Source of the DNA: Basidiobolus meristosporus CBS 931.73
Lineage: Eukaryota; Fungi; Basidiobolomycota
Direction: 5' to 3'
Assembly: GCA_002104905.1 (NCBI GenBank)
Contig: MCFE01000323.1
Location: 1-64,000 of the forward strand
Length of the DNA: 64,000 bases
How positions within the stretch are numbered: the stretch's first letter is position 1; every line of letters begins with the position of its first letter. A model generated the notes under the pieces. The model saw only the letters and a program-made list of their open reading frames with translations, did no database searches and had not been told where the DNA came from. The translations under genes and the position numbers were made by a program. Positions 61,601-64,000 of the stretch are shown here, in pieces.

Positions 61601-64000
61601 TGATAGGATAGATGCAATGGCTTGCAGAAAACAGAAAAAAGTTCAGAAACAGGATGAGCAGAAAAAATGTCTAGAGCAATCACTATCCTAGGTAGAGAAA
61701 GCAGTATCTTTGCTGCGAAGAAGGAACTCAGGTAGCCAATATTACAGGCATTCAGCTGTTTCTCAATGTAGCAGCAGAGGAACACAGTACAGTATTTGAA
61801 ACACAACAACAGTGCCCAAAGAGAAAGCCTACCAGCACCCACCACAGCATGTGAGGTAGAAAATTTAGTGCTTATACTGGACAGTACATCCAATTGCCTT
61901 ATACGCCAAAATATTTGACAGTGTTTTGATGGCCTCACAGCAAGACTCTGATGGCATTGTAACAGCAGTATGGCAGCTTACATCTAGTTCAGTATAATGC
62001 TACCATACCAATTTACCTAATAGTATTTCCTTTTGCTACCTCCCCTTGTACAATTCATAGGGACCACAACAGCATTTTGCTAATTTTACTGCCAAATGAG
62101 GTTATTGTTACAAGTCTTGGTATATGGGTTGTAGAGGAAATAAGGAGTTTAGCTAATATTGAATTCACTAAAACTTGAACTGATTTTTATTGAGGTTCCA
62201 GCAGCTCCTTATATACATTTTGCCAGATCAAATGCTGGCTAATTATATTTCCTAATGCAGGCTGTGGCTGGTGACTCATCTGATTGCATCATCATCACCC
62301 AATAAGATCCTACTTAATATATCTATTTCTGTCTGATAAGGATCTGCTGATTCATTTGCTTACTAATGCTAATGATTTGATAGATATATTGATATATTGA
62401 TAGGCTAAATATATAACTAGTTGATATGACTAAAAACTGATCTAACTTAAACATACAAGCAGTAGATCATAGGATTATAAACCTTGACAGGATTTGGTTG
62501 GTGATGTGAAAATGTTTACATAACATTGTTGCAGTCTTATTGACCTCTACAAGTATTGTAAATGGATCCAATTAGCCAGTAAATCCAATTGCATTATATG
62601 GCAAAAAACATAATGGTGTCTTGACAGCCTCTTTGCAGGCCTTTGATGGCATCATCACAGCAGTATGGTGGCCTATAGCTTGCTATATATAATGCTACCA
62701 TACCAATTTACCAAATGGTATTACCTTTTTCTACCTCCCCTTGTGCAACTCATATATTCCACTGTAGAATCACCCCTCTTTATTTGCTTACCCACTACTA
62801 CCTTGGGTATTCCACACATATTTTGAATCAAAAAAAACTATGGTCTCCTGCTTATTAACCTCTACAAACATGCACACCTGCTGCAATTGACATACTTTTA
62901 TCAACTCAACTTTACAGCTTTTTAGTGTGATGCTTGCAAAGTTGCCATATATCTTGTAATGCTGGTAGCATATACATCTTGCAAACATATGCTTGGTTGC
63001 CACCACTTCTGCTATGAATACCTCCGGAATATCTGCAAAGAACTTTTTGGTACTTAGCCAATATATTCCTTCTCCCAGCTGGGCTCTAGTCCCCCTTATA
63101 GGTGCATTCTGGCTCTTCTTTGTGTAAAATCTGTATTGAATGGTGTAGAACTTGGCTTGTATCCAAAAGAAAGTCAGCATACATTGGTAGAGTTTTCCTA
63201 ATAAAAATTAGGTGGTTGTTGCATCCAGCCCAACTTTGCATTAACAAACTGTTTACCCATGTATTGGGGCTGCTTAGTTTCTCAATGCCATGGGCATAGG
63301 TGTCTCCATGTGCACATTGGTCCTCAGTATTTTCCAGCTCTTCCTGGCTGTCCTCCAGGTGCCAACACATGATATTCATGACGGATTGGAAGGTAGTATT
63401 CTTGATGAGATAGGGATATGGTAGTTCCTGCAACTTGACCTCTATTTGTGTCTCCCCACACTTCTGCTCCATAAGAAACTCCCAAAAGATGTAGCAAGGT
63501 CCAGCATTCTCAATAAATCAAGCAAGATGGAGTTGCAAATGGATATAGTAGCAGCAGAGATCCATGAATTCAGATTTATGTTTGTAGTATTGCCACTCAA
63601 ATTTCATTACAAGCTCTTTCCACAAAAGCTGTAGATGTGCCAAGTTGGCATTGGTGATCCACTTCTGGATAAATTATCCAACAATTTCCACTTAAGACTC
63701 CCAATGCTTCCAATGCAATCTTGGTAGATATGGCTTCAGAAGGCCACGCAAATAAAAACACATCTAACTCATTCAGTCCTTCACTTGTATTGTTGCATAT
63801 GCATATGAATGTTGATTGGAGCCCATGTGAAGTACTGAGGGTAGCAGATACTCTGTAATATCTTGCCAATACTTTTGATTTTCTCCAGTATATCAAAGCA
63901 CTCATTTAGCTTGAAATTCCCAATGTTGCACTTGGTCATCAGTATTGGGATATTGTTAACAAGTAAATGCTGTGCTCCTAGTAGAAAGCTTTTGCTTAAC
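55700..64000. mobile_element. Multiple decayed CACTA-like copies in both orientations (transposase + at ~58700-60600; - at ~57250-57700 and ~62500-64000; second ORF + at ~57800-58560 and ~61300-61940)
   Basis: Track ORFs 59345, 60113, 62788 and 63086 align with 32439, 39901, 47918 and 40552; numerous stops. Confidence 0.8.

Overview
Eukaryotic, almost certainly fungal DNA (short 57-77 nt GT-AG introns; the three-domain Vps10 and MLKL-like kinase suggest an early-diverging lineage, which is inference). The window has two parts. (1) 1-22.2 kb is CpG-normal and genic: a 5-exon MLKL-like pseudokinase ending in a piggyBac-type Cys-rich zinc finger, a 9-exon 2119-aa Vps10 with three Vps10 domains, one or two small unknown genes, and an 8.7-kb palindrome (13071-21757). 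The palindrome carries four 54-55 aa paralogous micro-ORFs missed by the ORF track, arranged B<-A<- spacer ->A'->B'. They look like NDUFA4/COXFA4 (MLRQ/B12D)-type single-pass mitochondrial proteins, and the arms show signs of arm-to-arm gene conversion. (2) 22.2-64 kb is a CpG-depleted transposon nest. A CACTA/tnp2-like element is interrupted by a young intact Ty3/Gypsy element, two solo LTRs, an older related LTR, and Harbinger-superfamily elements with ANT target duplications, one nested in a copy of itself. A decayed Ty1/Copia carrying a MITE and further CACTA relics follow. No rRNA, tRNA or CRISPR features were recognised. All alignments and counts were done by eye.
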